From an uncultured virus (IMG/VR IMGVR_UViG_3300032070_000004) (Duplodnaviria; Heunggongvirae; Uroviricota; Caudoviricetes), in the IMG/VR virus record IMGVR_UViG_3300032070_000004: 64,000 nt of DNA, one strand, 5' to 3'. A program made the translations under genes and the position numbers. Within the stretch, counting starts at the first letter, position 1. Each line of letters starts with the position of its first letter. Of this stretch, positions 10,147-21,203 are shown one piece after another. Below the pieces are notes generated by a model. The model did not search any database, was not told the origin of the DNA, and saw only the letters and a program-made list of their open reading frames with translations.

Positions 10147-10523
10147 TGTTCGTAGATGAGAATGACATCCGGTTGAGGATATTTAAGCTCCTCGTGGACT
10201 CAAAGCGAGTGATGACACTCAGCGAGCTCGCAAAGAAGCTGAGGATACCGCAGCAGAATGTGGCGTATCACCTCCCGATACTTGAGCGAGGGGGAGTGAT
10301 TATACGGGATGGAACAACATATTTCTGCCAGCCGATATTTCTCGATGAAGAAATCAACGGATTCTGTGCGAATCGATTGTCCGAAATCATCGATCGGTTC
10401 TCGGCTAAGGGGCAAACTCTCTTTGCCGATGTAGAAAATGAACAAGATCGTGAAGAAATCATATTAAACTGCTTGCACGCCTTGATTCTTCTCGCGATAC
10501 TCCCGAACGGAACCAATAAATAG
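10146..10523 (+). CDS. Winged-helix transcription regulator (ArsR-like)
   Basis: MTLSELAKKLRIPQQNVAYHLPILERGGVI. Confidence 0.8.
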   Translation: MFVDENDIRLRIFKLLVDSKRVMTLSELAKKLRIPQQNVAYHLPILERGGVIIRDGTTYFCQPIFLDEEINGFCANRLSEIIDRFSAKGQTLFADVENEQDREEIILNCLHALILLAILPNGTNK

Positions 10524-10546
10524 AATGAACCTTTTATATTACACAA

Positions 10547-13500
10547 ATGTCTCCGTGGGTTTCGGAAGGACTTGCCAAGCGACCACTTCGCGATGTGCTC
10601 ATTAAACATCTCGTGAATCTATGCCGCATATTTTCCCCGAGTGGGTACGAACTCGGAGTAATTGAATATTGCCTTCCAATACTTAAAGAGAGCGGATTCG
10701 ATGTGAACGTTTCGCCCGAAGGAAATATCTATGCAGTTCGGGGCAAAACGGAATCTGGCAAATATATATTACTCAATGCACACACCGACACCGTGCAAGG
10801 AAACGACGATGCTGCAATTATGGTGCATCCCGACGTTGTTCAATATGATCCGTTCTGGAATATCATATGGGGTCATGGTCATATGGTTGGGGGGGACGAC
10901 AAGTGTGGTATTGGAATCGTACTGGCACTTGCAGAGGCAACGGACACACCAATGAAAGTCCTCCTCACGGTGAGGGAAGAATCTGGATGCACAGGAGTGG
11001 ATGCGGTTCCAAAGGAATTCTATAAAGATGCTACATTCTGTTTCACTCTCGATCGAAGAAACTGCTGTGATTTGATCGAAACATATTCCGGTCGTAAGCT
11101 AGCTCCAAAGGGGCTTGTTGATCTGATACTTACGATTGCCAAGGAATCTAAGGTTTCCATGACAGTTGCAGACGGATCGTTTGCCGATACACATGCGATC
11201 TCCGAACACGTTCCCGCAGTAAATATGTCGGTAGGGTACTACAATGCTCATTCTTCTTACGACTTTATCCGTGTTAATGAGACGTATGATACTCTGATGA
11301 TATTGCGAAGGTGCTTCGAAAGACAGAATGAATTTGAGACGGAGTGGGCACGCACGCCTGTGAATTGGAGACCTGCGGTATTTCCATTGGTTAAGCGAGT
11401 CTACTACGACAACTATGGATTCTATGGGTCACTGTATGGGGCGACTGGGGACGTAGCCAACGATTGGGAATATAAAGATCGCGTTAACTATTCTCTCGAT
11501 CGGTATAAGAAAATAGACACCAAGAAAAGCCGAAAGCAGGCAGAAACGGAGATCAAAGAAGAAAAAGAAGAGAAGAAGGAGGAAGAAAAGAAGGAGGAGG
11601 TCGTATCTCCGCAGCGGTATTCCATCGCAGAGTTGATAGCTAAGGATGATAAAGAACCAGTCCTGCGCGATCCATTTGGGTCAACATATGGCGACCTCAT
11701 ATGGGCAGAGAGGTACAACGCTGCGTGGGAAGCCCAGACAGCATACCCACGTGTCAAGATTGAAAAGAAGTGGCAAGCAGCAACGTACGTACCAATTGGC
11801 GATGCCTATCCGAAATCAAAAGCAAGAAAGTACCCTGAGATCATTCCATCCAGCGTTCTTATTCCGGATGAAGGGGGTCGGCTTATCGAGATTGTTTCGA
11901 TTCTCTTACGTACCTACCCGACGTACATAGCTCCGTCAAGCAATAGAGTGATACACTCGATGATCATTACGATTGGACCACCGGATAATAGCGATATGCT
12001 GTCGGGCATACTTGGGTGGATGAAGATGGAGAGCACTCCACCAGACCCAAGCAGACCCCCCATGTGGTTGCCAATGTTGCCCGATGCTGGCACCGTTTAT
12101 GAGATTTCGATGATATATGAGGAGCACCCAGATACCGATCTTGGGTATAAAATAGCATCGCTCGCTGCGGATGTAGCAACTCGCATTGAAGACACAAAAG
12201 AGCGATCGGGAAGATATCAATACCGGGAGTTATCATCAGCAGCATATAACAGCATGATTGATATGATGGCGTTTGCAGACCGGATGACCACGTGGTTCAA
12301 ATCGATATCAAAACCCGGGATGCTGTTCGAAGCTTCGGCTACAAAGCAACCACGGGTCGATGGGTGGAATAGCATAGGAAGTGTGAGCATATTCAGGGTG
12401 TTCCCGCCGGGTCCGGAATTATTTGCTGCAGGAGCGCTTGCAGTGGGAGCGGTGCGCGAGTTCGAAGAAGAATTCTTCGTGTACGGGGATTACAAGTCCC
12501 TGATGGTTCTCAAGAATCTGTACTACAAGAAATTAGATGATCAATTCGATAGTATGATGGACAGTCTCATAAAGGGGGAGATTGCCGATATCGAATCCGG
12601 AAAGTCAGTGCTACTACCGGTTGCACCATTAAAAAAACCCGTGGGAGAGCCCATTGCTGCTATCGCGGAAAGCTCGCTTACCATCGACGATATAGAGGAG
12701 ATTGCAACGCTCCTCACGTTCTCGTATTCGCCAGAAACGCGAAAAAAAGGATTCCCGTGGAGACTCAGGGAAGCTGCACGAACGTTTCGTCTCGATCCCG
12801 TGGCAGCCGGTGAATTCTTACGCATACTTGCACATATTGGGACGTTCACCCTGAACAAGCCAGATGGAACACACGTGACCACCGTGAGATACAACCTCAC
12901 GTATCACGGGGGACAAAACTTCAAGAACAAGACTCCAAACCTCATCCAGCCACTCATGCCAATCGGATCATCTTCAGAGACTCCGAAGGGTGGAGTCGCA
13001 ACATCGTATACCTATCACGACACACTTGGATCGGTACTCGATGTGTACAACGATCTTGGAATATCGAGCTACGACTGGGTTATTGCATCCGACAGACCAT
13101 GGACCGGGATGAAATCCGAACAGAGCATCGCAGATGAAGCAGCAAGCGACAGGGTAGAAGCTGTGATTGCGGAAGTTGAAGAGCTCGCAGCCGATGCAGT
13201 TGATAAGTTATTTGAAGAGTGGGCGCGGATGATGGAAGCGTCCGAGGGAGTGGAAACCGACACCCCCGGCACCATCCAAGCCGCACCCTCTGCATCCGAT
13301 TACTCATTTGCGATGCCATTTTTCCGGGAAGACGGAACAGAAATGATTTCTAGCCGCGACTTTGCAAACTTCGCAAAGAAACACAAGAGCGTAAGACTCA
13401 CATCGGAAGAAATTAGTCTCCTCACCGCGGGAATTTCGAACTATGCAGACCTGCTTAAAACATCTGGAGCTCAGGATATGGTTTCTACCGATCCAAAGGA

Positions 13501-14923
13501 CAGGCAGGAAGTTGAGATCATTGCGTACCATATAAACCCGAGTGCTGAACACATTGCATCGATTGGAGTTGTTGATCCACAAACCAAGGAATACATAGAC
13601 GGATGGAGCGTGACCCCGACACTTGGTGGTCTCGCTACGATGTACTTCAGGTCAAATCGCATAGCGTATGAAAGTGCAAAGGTTGGGCTCGTGGTAAACT
13701 ACTTCAACACCATCGCATTCTATGTAGTTCTCCGCGTGAAGCACAATGTGGCAATAACATACGATCACGAGAAACAGGAGTTCAGTCCTCCGCTGCCTGT
13801 ATTTGAGGTTCCTCGGAAGAAAAAGAAGACGAAGGCAGAGAAGAAGGCAGAGAAGAAAGCGCGCAAAGAAGAGAAGAGACTCGCAACGCGGGGCGGGGGT
13901 GTAAGTGTAGAGAGGGTGGGCGGTAAGGTACATGATCTTGGGAAGCTTCTGATTCTTCAGGGCAACATACACGAGATATTTGAAGTAGTGAATCGTGACT
14001 ATCGCAAGCAGTACCAGAATCAATTGAACATGAAATCAAAGATTTCTACGTCTGCCAACACTGCTGACGTTGTAGTGGAGATACAACCGCCGACTGGGTA
14101 TCCGGTGGATGTTGTTGTGAGCACACTGGATCGTGATGGTGTTCCATTTTCTATTCCGGTGTGTATGATCAGAGTGGGTGGAATGGAAGTCGGGTGCAAC
14201 GTCAAAGGTCTGGAGCGAGCGCTTCGCGGTGTACTCGATATAACATTTCCCTTTGTGCCAGAGCCAAAGAAACGAGTAAAAGTAGATGGGCGGGTCGTAT
14301 CGGAGACCCCACCAAAGATGATGATTGGAGCGGAGTCCCCACCGTCCCGCGCGCTTGAAGATCCAGAAATCAAGATGGCACTGCATGAGTACCTGATGGA
14401 TCTAACCGTGTTCCTGAGCGAAGGATACCCCGGACCAGAACCCGGAGATGTGCATGAGATAAAGTCGTCAATGGGAAATTATTTGTCTCTTGTTACGCAC
14501 TACACAAATATAAACAAAGTAGATGTTGGCGATCACATTGGGGATCTAATACAAAAGGATGCATTTGGTCATGCAGTCTTTACTACATCCCTATATTTAT
14601 CGGAAGGATCACTTCGCAGTCTCCTTGGAATACTCAATACTTCGAATATAAAGAAGATGACGAATGTACCGATGACTCGCCTGAGTGCAATACTTGTCGA
14701 TGCGGAAAAATTGGGGAAGGTCATGGTAGAGTACGAATCGAGAAAGACACCAGCGGAGGGGAGAGCGGCGGAGGAATTCAAATCGTTCAAAAAAGAGAAG
14801 AAAGAGAAGAGGGAGAAGACTTACCGGTTCGACTCAGAGGCATATAAAGATACAGACCGTGGGCGCGGAAGCTTTCCAAAGCGCAGGCGTGGAGCAACGG
14901 AGCACGAGTATTCGCCTCCATAG
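10547..14923 (+). CDS. 1458-aa protein: N-terminal M20/M28-family metallopeptidase plus large unknown region
   Basis: NAHTDTV, GGDDKCG, EESG, LDRR and NMSVGYYNAH motifs in the first ~260 aa. Confidence 0.8.
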   Translation: MSPWVSEGLAKRPLRDVLIKHLVNLCRIFSPSGYELGVIEYCLPILKESGFDVNVSPEGNIYAVRGKTESGKYILLNAHTDTVQGNDDAAIMVHPDVVQYDPFWNIIWGHGHMVGGDDKCGIGIVLALAEATDTPMKVLLTVREESGCTGVDAVPKEFYKDATFCFTLDRRNCCDLIETYSGRKLAPKGLVDLILTIAKESKVSMTVADGSFADTHAISEHVPAVNMSVGYYNAHSSYDFIRVNETYDTLMILRRCFERQNEFETEWARTPVNWRPAVFPLVKRVYYDNYGFYGSLYGATGDVANDWEYKDRVNYSLDRYKKIDTKKSRKQAETEIKEEKEEKKEEEKKEEVVSPQRYSIAELIAKDDKEPVLRDPFGSTYGDLIWAERYNAAWEAQTAYPRVKIEKKWQAATYVPIGDAYPKSKARKYPEIIPSSVLIPDEGGRLIEIVSILLRTYPTYIAPSSNRVIHSMIITIGPPDNSDMLSGILGWMKMESTPPDPSRPPMWLPMLPDAGTVYEISMIYEEHPDTDLGYKIASLAADVATRIEDTKERSGRYQYRELSSAAYNSMIDMMAFADRMTTWFKSISKPGMLFEASATKQPRVDGWNSIGSVSIFRVFPPGPELFAAGALAVGAVREFEEEFFVYGDYKSLMVLKNLYYKKLDDQFDSMMDSLIKGEIADIESGKSVLLPVAPLKKPVGEPIAAIAESSLTIDDIEEIATLLTFSYSPETRKKGFPWRLREAARTFRLDPVAAGEFLRILAHIGTFTLNKPDGTHVTTVRYNLTYHGGQNFKNKTPNLIQPLMPIGSSSETPKGGVATSYTYHDTLGSVLDVYNDLGISSYDWVIASDRPWTGMKSEQSIADEAASDRVEAVIAEVEELAADAVDKLFEEWARMMEASEGVETDTPGTIQAAPSASDYSFAMPFFREDGTEMISSRDFANFAKKHKSVRLTSEEISLLTAGISNYADLLKTSGAQDMVSTDPKDRQEVEIIAYHINPSAEHIASIGVVDPQTKEYIDGWSVTPTLGGLATMYFRSNRIAYESAKVGLVVNYFNTIAFYVVLRVKHNVAITYDHEKQEFSPPLPVFEVPRKKKKTKAEKKAEKKARKEEKRLATRGGGVSVERVGGKVHDLGKLLILQGNIHEIFEVVNRDYRKQYQNQLNMKSKISTSANTADVVVEIQPPTGYPVDVVVSTLDRDGVPFSIPVCMIRVGGMEVGCNVKGLERALRGVLDITFPFVPEPKKRVKVDGRVVSETPPKMMIGAESPPSRALEDPEIKMALHEYLMDLTVFLSEGYPGPEPGDVHEIKSSMGNYLSLVTHYTNINKVDVGDHIGDLIQKDAFGHAVFTTSLYLSEGSLRSLLGILNTSNIKKMTNVPMTRLSAILVDAEKLGKVMVEYESRKTPAEGRAAEEFKSFKKEKKEKREKTYRFDSEAYKDTDRGRGSFPKRRRGATEHEYSPP

Positions 14924-15185
14924 GAAAACTTTATAAATAATAGAATTTCAATATACTATCTGTCAAGAGGTAAAAATGCCGAGAAAGACGCGTCTTGACA
15001 ACGATCGAAGAAGAAGAGTTCCACGGGATGAAGTAAGCCTCTGCGAAATGGATGATATTGCAGTAGCTAACCCGAGGTTCCTGTCCGAAAAGACCGAGCA
15101 GACGGTCGCAGCCGGAATATTCGAGGTCATTGCCAACCCGGATAAGTACAAGCACATTCAAGAGAAAGAACCTTAGGGGTTTCTC

Positions 15186-18100
15186 ATGGTACGGCGGTAC
15201 AAGCGAGTGAGGAGGGGGTTAGAAGACCGACCACGCCCCGGAGAGGTGTGGGGAGCTTGGGGTGCCGTACTCAAGGAAGATGCTTCTGATAAGGACTTGA
15301 AAAAGTTTGTTGAAGATTGCATATTGTTATCCACCGAAGGAAAGTTTATATCTCTTGAAGAGGGCGGATATAAAGGATCATGCCTTGATTTCATATTCGA
15401 GAACCGTGGGAAACTAACGAAGACGGAAGTTTCTACGGTGGTGAGTCTTCTTGGGAGCGACCCAAGACTCAGGTTCGATTACTCAGCCCCCCTGTGTTCA
15501 AGCAACGGGGATCATATCTCGTGCGTGGGAAAGATTATTGATTATACTACTGAGGTTCTGGCAAAAACAGACAGCAAGGAAATCCGGGACGCGTTCACTT
15601 CATTTATCATGAATCAAAACGTTGATCTTGCCGCGCCGCTATGCAAGATTCCCGATGGATCATCGATAGCGTGCATACAGAAAGTCCTTGACGATGCTGC
15701 AAGTGTGGTGGCTCTCGAACAGAAGATGGCAACCGGGCAGTCGCTCATCCCATCATTTAAATCGGAGTGCAGGACGCTCGAAGACAATGAGAAAACTACA
15801 TGTATTGACAAGGTTCTTGATAACCTCATCCGGTATGGAAGTGATATCAAAGACGCAAAGTACAAACACAAGGATGCGTCGTATTATCAATCTCTCATAC
15901 GAGCAATGGCTGCAAACGAACACATGAGCGGGCTTTACGACCTCCTGCAAGAAGGAATGTTCTACGACACCGGTGCAGAAATGTTCGTAACCGGGTATGA
16001 CAAACTTATCCGAAGGATCGGAGACCGTGGGGTGCAACGTGACTTTCTAACTTCTACCGTAGATACCCTTATCGACGCGGGGGCATTCAATTATTCACGC
16101 CTCGCGCGCGATAACAAGGCGTGCAATCATCCATTTCTCGGCAAAGAATCGACATGTCTCGATACGGTACTTGCGCTGATGTATGATCGGATGCCTGAAA
16201 GCCCAACATCAAAGGCATTTCCGAAGTCCAGCGCGCGGAGATTTGCTGCGCTTGAGAAGATTGCAAATGCAGTTGCGCATAGTGTCAAGTTCGAAGAACA
16301 CAATTGCATTGCAATTCCTCCGCCCGGGAAAGAATGGAAAGACGAAACATTAAACTGCATATCTGCTGTCCTCGCAATTCCGTCCGACAAGCTCTCCGTC
16401 ACGGTGTTTGATCCGACGCGACTTACAAGCATCGTATCCAAGTCATGCAGGTACATAAAACCAGATGGAGAGGCAATTGAAATACCATGCTTCGAGGCAG
16501 TATTTCGGAGTGTTACATCGAGAGCCGAAAAGAACCCGGCGTATGATTACGGTCCGATTGCAAGAAGCATTGTCATGACCGATGGGGTCGATCTCGCAAA
16601 GCCATGCAATAACAAGGGATTTACCAGTGTGACTTCGTGCCTCGATCTGTTACTGGATATCGATACGAAGAACGAAGTCATCGATCATTACCTCCGCGGT
16701 GCCATAAAAACAGATTTCGGAAGGATTCCGTGCTCAATTCCCAAGGGATGGGACACGTACAACGCTTTCGATACGATGGTTACGGGAGCCGCTCTGCCGA
16801 TGAAGAACCCCGGGGAGTTCCAGCGAAAAGTCGTGGGAGACTCCACAAGCGCGGTGGGGGTGTCATGTCTCGACAAGATCATAACGATGACCATGCAGCA
16901 GAGTGTGGGTGGATTCTCCGATGTCTACAAGGCAGCGCGCGGGCGCGCTCCTCCGAACTTTGCAACACTGGGTCTTGCAATTCTCACCGGGGATGGAATA
17001 CGGGGAGATCCGCAGTGCCGGTATATCTACCCGGACGCCAACGAAAACCCAGTTGAAGCAACCGTGCCCTGCTATCAGAAGTATTTGGAATCCTTCATGC
17101 CAATGGATCGGGCATTGGGAGTGGTGCCGGGATACCTCAACGAACACATCCACGAAATGATTCATGATCTCGATCTATCGAAGCCATGCGTCCTGTACGA
17201 AGGCGGGGCACCCACGATAGCGCCGTGCATGGCTGCGATGTTTATTAAGTATGGAGTAAATCGTGCCCTCTATATAGACGATCGTGGGCGCACATTGGCG
17301 CGCGACGAGACGGGAAATTCTGATGACTTTCGATGTTCCCTCATTGGATCAAAGCACTTTGGGAAGATTATTGAGTCGGTAAAGAACCTTGCTGAGAACC
17401 CGAAGTACAAACCAAAGATCGGAGGGTTCCGAGATAAGATGTGCAATAATCTCATGTGCAAGAGCAAGCCCGGAGACGAGGACGGAATCGACAGGCGTAG
17501 TAAGGGCAAGCTCGGGAAGCTCATGTACTGTCACTGTGACGAGCACATCACTCCGGATGGGAAGTTTACCCCGGATGGCGCAACGTGCTTCGAAGATGCC
17601 TGCTATCATACCGTAGCTAAGTTCGGTCCAGATTATCCATGGAACGATTTCAAGCGGTTCTATGCAGCAGGAGACCAGATCCCACCACTTATAAGGTACG
17701 CAAATCAGTCTGCACCCAACGACGCGTATAAGTTCGGGGACATATCGGGGGTGTACGAAGTGACCCCGAAGATTTCTCCGTATGATTTCCACGTACGGCG
17801 TTACATCACGGAGTTCGTGAAGATCATTGACAAGATCTACGGGATCGCAACAGAGAACCCCGTGAGATTCGAGATCAACTCGGTGAACGTCAAGAAACTC
17901 ATGGAGATGACTGGAAAGAATACCTTAGAAGAGGCAGTTATGGTGGCAAAGAATCTTTCCGCGGAGCAGATGAATGAGATTGATAGTGGAAAGACGAAAT
18001 CCGAATCAAAGCCATCTATATCCATTTACTTTAAGAAAGGTGGCGCGCGGATCGACATCCCTGCAAACGTTGTCAAGACAGCAACAAAGATCACCTCGTA

Positions 18101-19574
18101 CGTCATAGAAGACCCGCGCGAAGTATATACTAAGCGACCGGAGTGGAACCCGGATTACATCGAGGCTGGGTTCAAGGACGCAATTAATGCGATCACAATG
18201 ATATCCGAGGCGTACGTTGAATCCGACGACAGGAATATCTACATTGAGATTGCGTACAAAGACAGAAATGGGAACTCAATTCAGGACTTCCAGTTCCACG
18301 AAGAGATGCCTCCGAAAGAGGAAATTGTACTCAGCAAGGCTCAACAGCGCGAGCTGAAGGATGCAAAGAAGATTGTGTTACCAGATGGACGCGTTGTAAA
18401 GGTAAGATACAACTTGTTTGCACGCCCGCTGGTGAATTCGTACCGGCTCTCGAAACTCATAAATCTCCCGTTCATACCGCTTGATGTAAAGACCCAGATC
18501 GAGGAAGCAAGCCGGATCGCAGCCGGTATGCCCGAGACCCCGATGAAAGTTGTCATCACAACCGACCCGCGTGACATTATGCGAGCATCAACGTGTCAGA
18601 GCTGGGGATCATGCATCAAATTAGAAGACGGAGGACGCGAGAATACGCAAGCTGTGGCAGTTTATATCAAATCCGGTTCGTATATCGCATTTATTACTGA
18701 TGATATAAATAACCCGATGTGGAAAGGACGAACTCTCATTCACCGATCTACGAACCCGAAATTCCTCGCGCTTCAGGACCGGTGGACTCGTGACTGTGGT
18801 GTTGAGTACATCTACGGTATGCCCGAGTTCCGCAGGCTGCTTCTCGATACGATACGCGTTGTGATGGCATCCAATGGGTATAATAGACCCGACGATCGTG
18901 ATAAGGTAGCACTGCCAAAGTATCTGTTCAGTGATTATTATGAACATCCTATGAAGTACCTTACGGGAACGCCGGAGTACGCTGAGGTGTGCAAGATATA
19001 TCAATCGGGTGAGGGCGCAGGCGCGCATATAAATATGGAGGAGCTGGTTGCATGGTTCTCGGATGCCAAGTACGAGCCAATGTGGAAGAAGGTTGCCGAG
19101 GAGAGAGCTCACATCAACTATGAAGAGTTCAAGAATCGATCGATTAGAAATATGGCTGAACCGGGGTTGAATCCCGCAGAGATAGAGAAGAGAGCAATGG
19201 CAGACATATCCCGTCAAATAATAACCGCCTACCCACGGGACTTCTTTACAAACGAAGATTATCAGAAGCACCAACCCCCCAAGACGTGCGATCCAAAAGA
19301 CCGCATGTGGTCTGCTTACCTCAAGAGCATTGTGAGTGGTCAGGTGCGGGAGATGGCAGATAAGATTGAATGGATAAGCCCTTCAATGTGGTACGATGTT
19401 GACCATGCTCACGGAGCCCCGGATAAGCGAGGCGTTGAGTGCGGTCCATCACAGGAGTTCCGCGCTATTACCGATGACGAGATTGAGGAGATTAAGAAGT
19501 ACCGCGGGGAGAATTTCGTGAAGCCGCTCGGTAAGTACGTCCGACCATACCCGACGAAACCGATCCGGCTCTAA
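15186..19574 (+). CDS. 1462-aa Cys-rich repeat protein
   Basis: Long uninterrupted ORF with about 10 C-x(8-17)-C-helix units. Confidence 0.8.
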   Translation: MVRRYKRVRRGLEDRPRPGEVWGAWGAVLKEDASDKDLKKFVEDCILLSTEGKFISLEEGGYKGSCLDFIFENRGKLTKTEVSTVVSLLGSDPRLRFDYSAPLCSSNGDHISCVGKIIDYTTEVLAKTDSKEIRDAFTSFIMNQNVDLAAPLCKIPDGSSIACIQKVLDDAASVVALEQKMATGQSLIPSFKSECRTLEDNEKTTCIDKVLDNLIRYGSDIKDAKYKHKDASYYQSLIRAMAANEHMSGLYDLLQEGMFYDTGAEMFVTGYDKLIRRIGDRGVQRDFLTSTVDTLIDAGAFNYSRLARDNKACNHPFLGKESTCLDTVLALMYDRMPESPTSKAFPKSSARRFAALEKIANAVAHSVKFEEHNCIAIPPPGKEWKDETLNCISAVLAIPSDKLSVTVFDPTRLTSIVSKSCRYIKPDGEAIEIPCFEAVFRSVTSRAEKNPAYDYGPIARSIVMTDGVDLAKPCNNKGFTSVTSCLDLLLDIDTKNEVIDHYLRGAIKTDFGRIPCSIPKGWDTYNAFDTMVTGAALPMKNPGEFQRKVVGDSTSAVGVSCLDKIITMTMQQSVGGFSDVYKAARGRAPPNFATLGLAILTGDGIRGDPQCRYIYPDANENPVEATVPCYQKYLESFMPMDRALGVVPGYLNEHIHEMIHDLDLSKPCVLYEGGAPTIAPCMAAMFIKYGVNRALYIDDRGRTLARDETGNSDDFRCSLIGSKHFGKIIESVKNLAENPKYKPKIGGFRDKMCNNLMCKSKPGDEDGIDRRSKGKLGKLMYCHCDEHITPDGKFTPDGATCFEDACYHTVAKFGPDYPWNDFKRFYAAGDQIPPLIRYANQSAPNDAYKFGDISGVYEVTPKISPYDFHVRRYITEFVKIIDKIYGIATENPVRFEINSVNVKKLMEMTGKNTLEEAVMVAKNLSAEQMNEIDSGKTKSESKPSISIYFKKGGARIDIPANVVKTATKITSYVIEDPREVYTKRPEWNPDYIEAGFKDAINAITMISEAYVESDDRNIYIEIAYKDRNGNSIQDFQFHEEMPPKEEIVLSKAQQRELKDAKKIVLPDGRVVKVRYNLFARPLVNSYRLSKLINLPFIPLDVKTQIEEASRIAAGMPETPMKVVITTDPRDIMRASTCQSWGSCIKLEDGGRENTQAVAVYIKSGSYIAFITDDINNPMWKGRTLIHRSTNPKFLALQDRWTRDCGVEYIYGMPEFRRLLLDTIRVVMASNGYNRPDDRDKVALPKYLFSDYYEHPMKYLTGTPEYAEVCKIYQSGEGAGAHINMEELVAWFSDAKYEPMWKKVAEERAHINYEEFKNRSIRNMAEPGLNPAEIEKRAMADISRQIITAYPRDFFTNEDYQKHQPPKTCDPKDRMWSAYLKSIVSGQVREMADKIEWISPSMWYDVDHAHGAPDKRGVECGPSQEFRAITDDEIEEIKKYRGENFVKPLGKYVRPYPTKPIRL

Positions 19575-19587
19575 TCGTTTTATTCGG

Positions 19588-19610
19588 TAAATCGAAACCT
19601 ATTTTATATA
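19588..19610 (+). promoter_or_regulatory. Class A archaeal promoter (TAAATCGAAACC plus TATA-like box)
   Basis: Motif recurs about 9 times; here it lies ~28 nt before the recombinase ATG. Confidence 0.7.
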
Positions 19611-19637
19611 TGAGAGCTAATCCATTCCCGAAGACAA

Positions 19638-20513
19638 ATGATTACACTTGATGATTTCCTCAACTACCTGAGGCGGAGCAAGTATTCGCCCGATACACTC
19701 GATACATACGGATCACTTCTCTCGAACTTCGAGTCGTGGCTTGACATGAGGAACAAGAGCCTTGATACCTTCACTACGCTCGATGCTCAGGAGTATAGTA
19801 AGAAGTCGTATGCAACATCCTCTGCGAACACGTTCATAGCGGCAGTTAAATCATACCTGCGGTTCCGGGTTGGGACGCTTCCCATGGGAGACCCAAATCT
19901 CATGCAGGAGACCCAACGCGAGAACCAGATACGACTCCTGCGCGCGGGGCGAACCCCAAGCAAGATTAAAAAGAGTGCTCTATCGGTAGAAGAGGTTGGT
20001 CAACTCTTTAAGAAGATGCGCGACAATGGAGCTGGCGAGACAGAGCTATGTGGGGCTATTCTGTCTTTCTATTTCGGCGCGCGCACCACCGAATTGTCGG
20101 TTGGGCTGAAGAAGGCGAGGATCAACTGGAAGAAGTGCGAGATGATTATCCCCACACTCAAGCGCGGCGGGAGCGAGAGATACATCGCGTGGCACGAGAG
20201 CATAACGCCGTACCTCCAGAAGTGGTATGATGCGGTGGACGGAATTTCATACCCCCGGGAATGGATTACGAAGAAATTACACAAGTATAAGGTCGGGGGG
20301 CTCACTATAACATCCAGAGTGGCGCGCAAGACGTTTCAGACAAACATGCGAAACGTAGGTATAGACGACTTTTACGCCGATCACATCCTCGGGCACGTCT
20401 CGAAGTCACCCATCGCAGACGTGTACACTGATTACAGTGACGAAAGCTTTAAGGATAAGATACGGGAAATCATGTGCGACAAACATTATATGGTCATTGC
20501 GGGGCTGATCTGA
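19638..20513 (+). CDS. Tyrosine recombinase/integrase (XerA-like)
   Basis: SAM-like N-terminal domain; GARTTE, TLKRG, RVARKTF, LGH and VYTDY motifs. Confidence 0.88.
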   Translation: MITLDDFLNYLRRSKYSPDTLDTYGSLLSNFESWLDMRNKSLDTFTTLDAQEYSKKSYATSSANTFIAAVKSYLRFRVGTLPMGDPNLMQETQRENQIRLLRAGRTPSKIKKSALSVEEVGQLFKKMRDNGAGETELCGAILSFYFGARTTELSVGLKKARINWKKCEMIIPTLKRGGSERYIAWHESITPYLQKWYDAVDGISYPREWITKKLHKYKVGGLTITSRVARKTFQTNMRNVGIDDFYADHILGHVSKSPIADVYTDYSDESFKDKIREIMCDKHYMVIAGLI

Positions 20514-20514
20514 T

Positions 20515-20829
20515 ATGGTAGTTCGACCAAAGTTTAAAGTGAGGGACGGGGAACAGATTATCACGCTGGAAGGGAACCCAGTACAGAAGAAGCGGGATTA
20601 CATCGTCGATTTCCTCCGTCAGCGTGGGGACGCCGGGGCATTTGTTATGGAGATGTTCCGCGGGTGGAAACAACTTTGCGAGTCTGTGGGGAGGAAGTTT
20701 GGGACATATGAGAGCTTCCGGCAGGCGATGTATCAGGCGAAGCTTGATGGGATTGTTGAACCATTCAGGGAAGTTCCCGGGGATCACTATTTTCCGCTTG
20801 TTTACTATAGAATAAAATCCTACAAATGA
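20515..20829 (+). CDS. Small probable winged-helix protein
   Basis: TYESFRQAMYQAKLDGIVE...YYRI pattern. Confidence 0.5.
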   Translation: MVVRPKFKVRDGEQIITLEGNPVQKKRDYIVDFLRQRGDAGAFVMEMFRGWKQLCESVGRKFGTYESFRQAMYQAKLDGIVEPFREVPGDHYFPLVYYRIKSYK

Positions 20830-21203
20830 CGAGACTCCGATCTCCGGATCCCGGGATTACGCATGAACAGCGACAAGTAATACTCGGTAGTCTACTCGGA
20901 GACATGTGCATAATGCGAAGAAGACCATCGTGGAATGCACATCTTCAGATAAAACACTCAATAAAACAAAAAGAATATGTTGAGTGGAAGTACAACGCTC
21001 TCAAAAACATCGTTTCAACGCCACCTAAGATGTATATTCAATCGTGCGGATTTATGAAGGGACGTGGAGTAATCGGATTCCACACAAGAAGTTTACCGTG
21101 CCTAACAGAAATACACGATATAATGGGCACGCGCGAAATAACGCAACGGGGAAAAATGAATAGTTCTCCTGATATGGATTTTCCTAAAAAAGTTAAGGTT
21201 TAA
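20826..21203 (+). pseudogene. Truncated LAGLIDADG_2 endonuclease, paralog of 4700-5461
   Basis: VILGSLLGD...KHSIKQKEYVEWKYN...TEIHDIMGTREITQ; similarity stops there and the second motif is absent. Confidence 0.8.
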
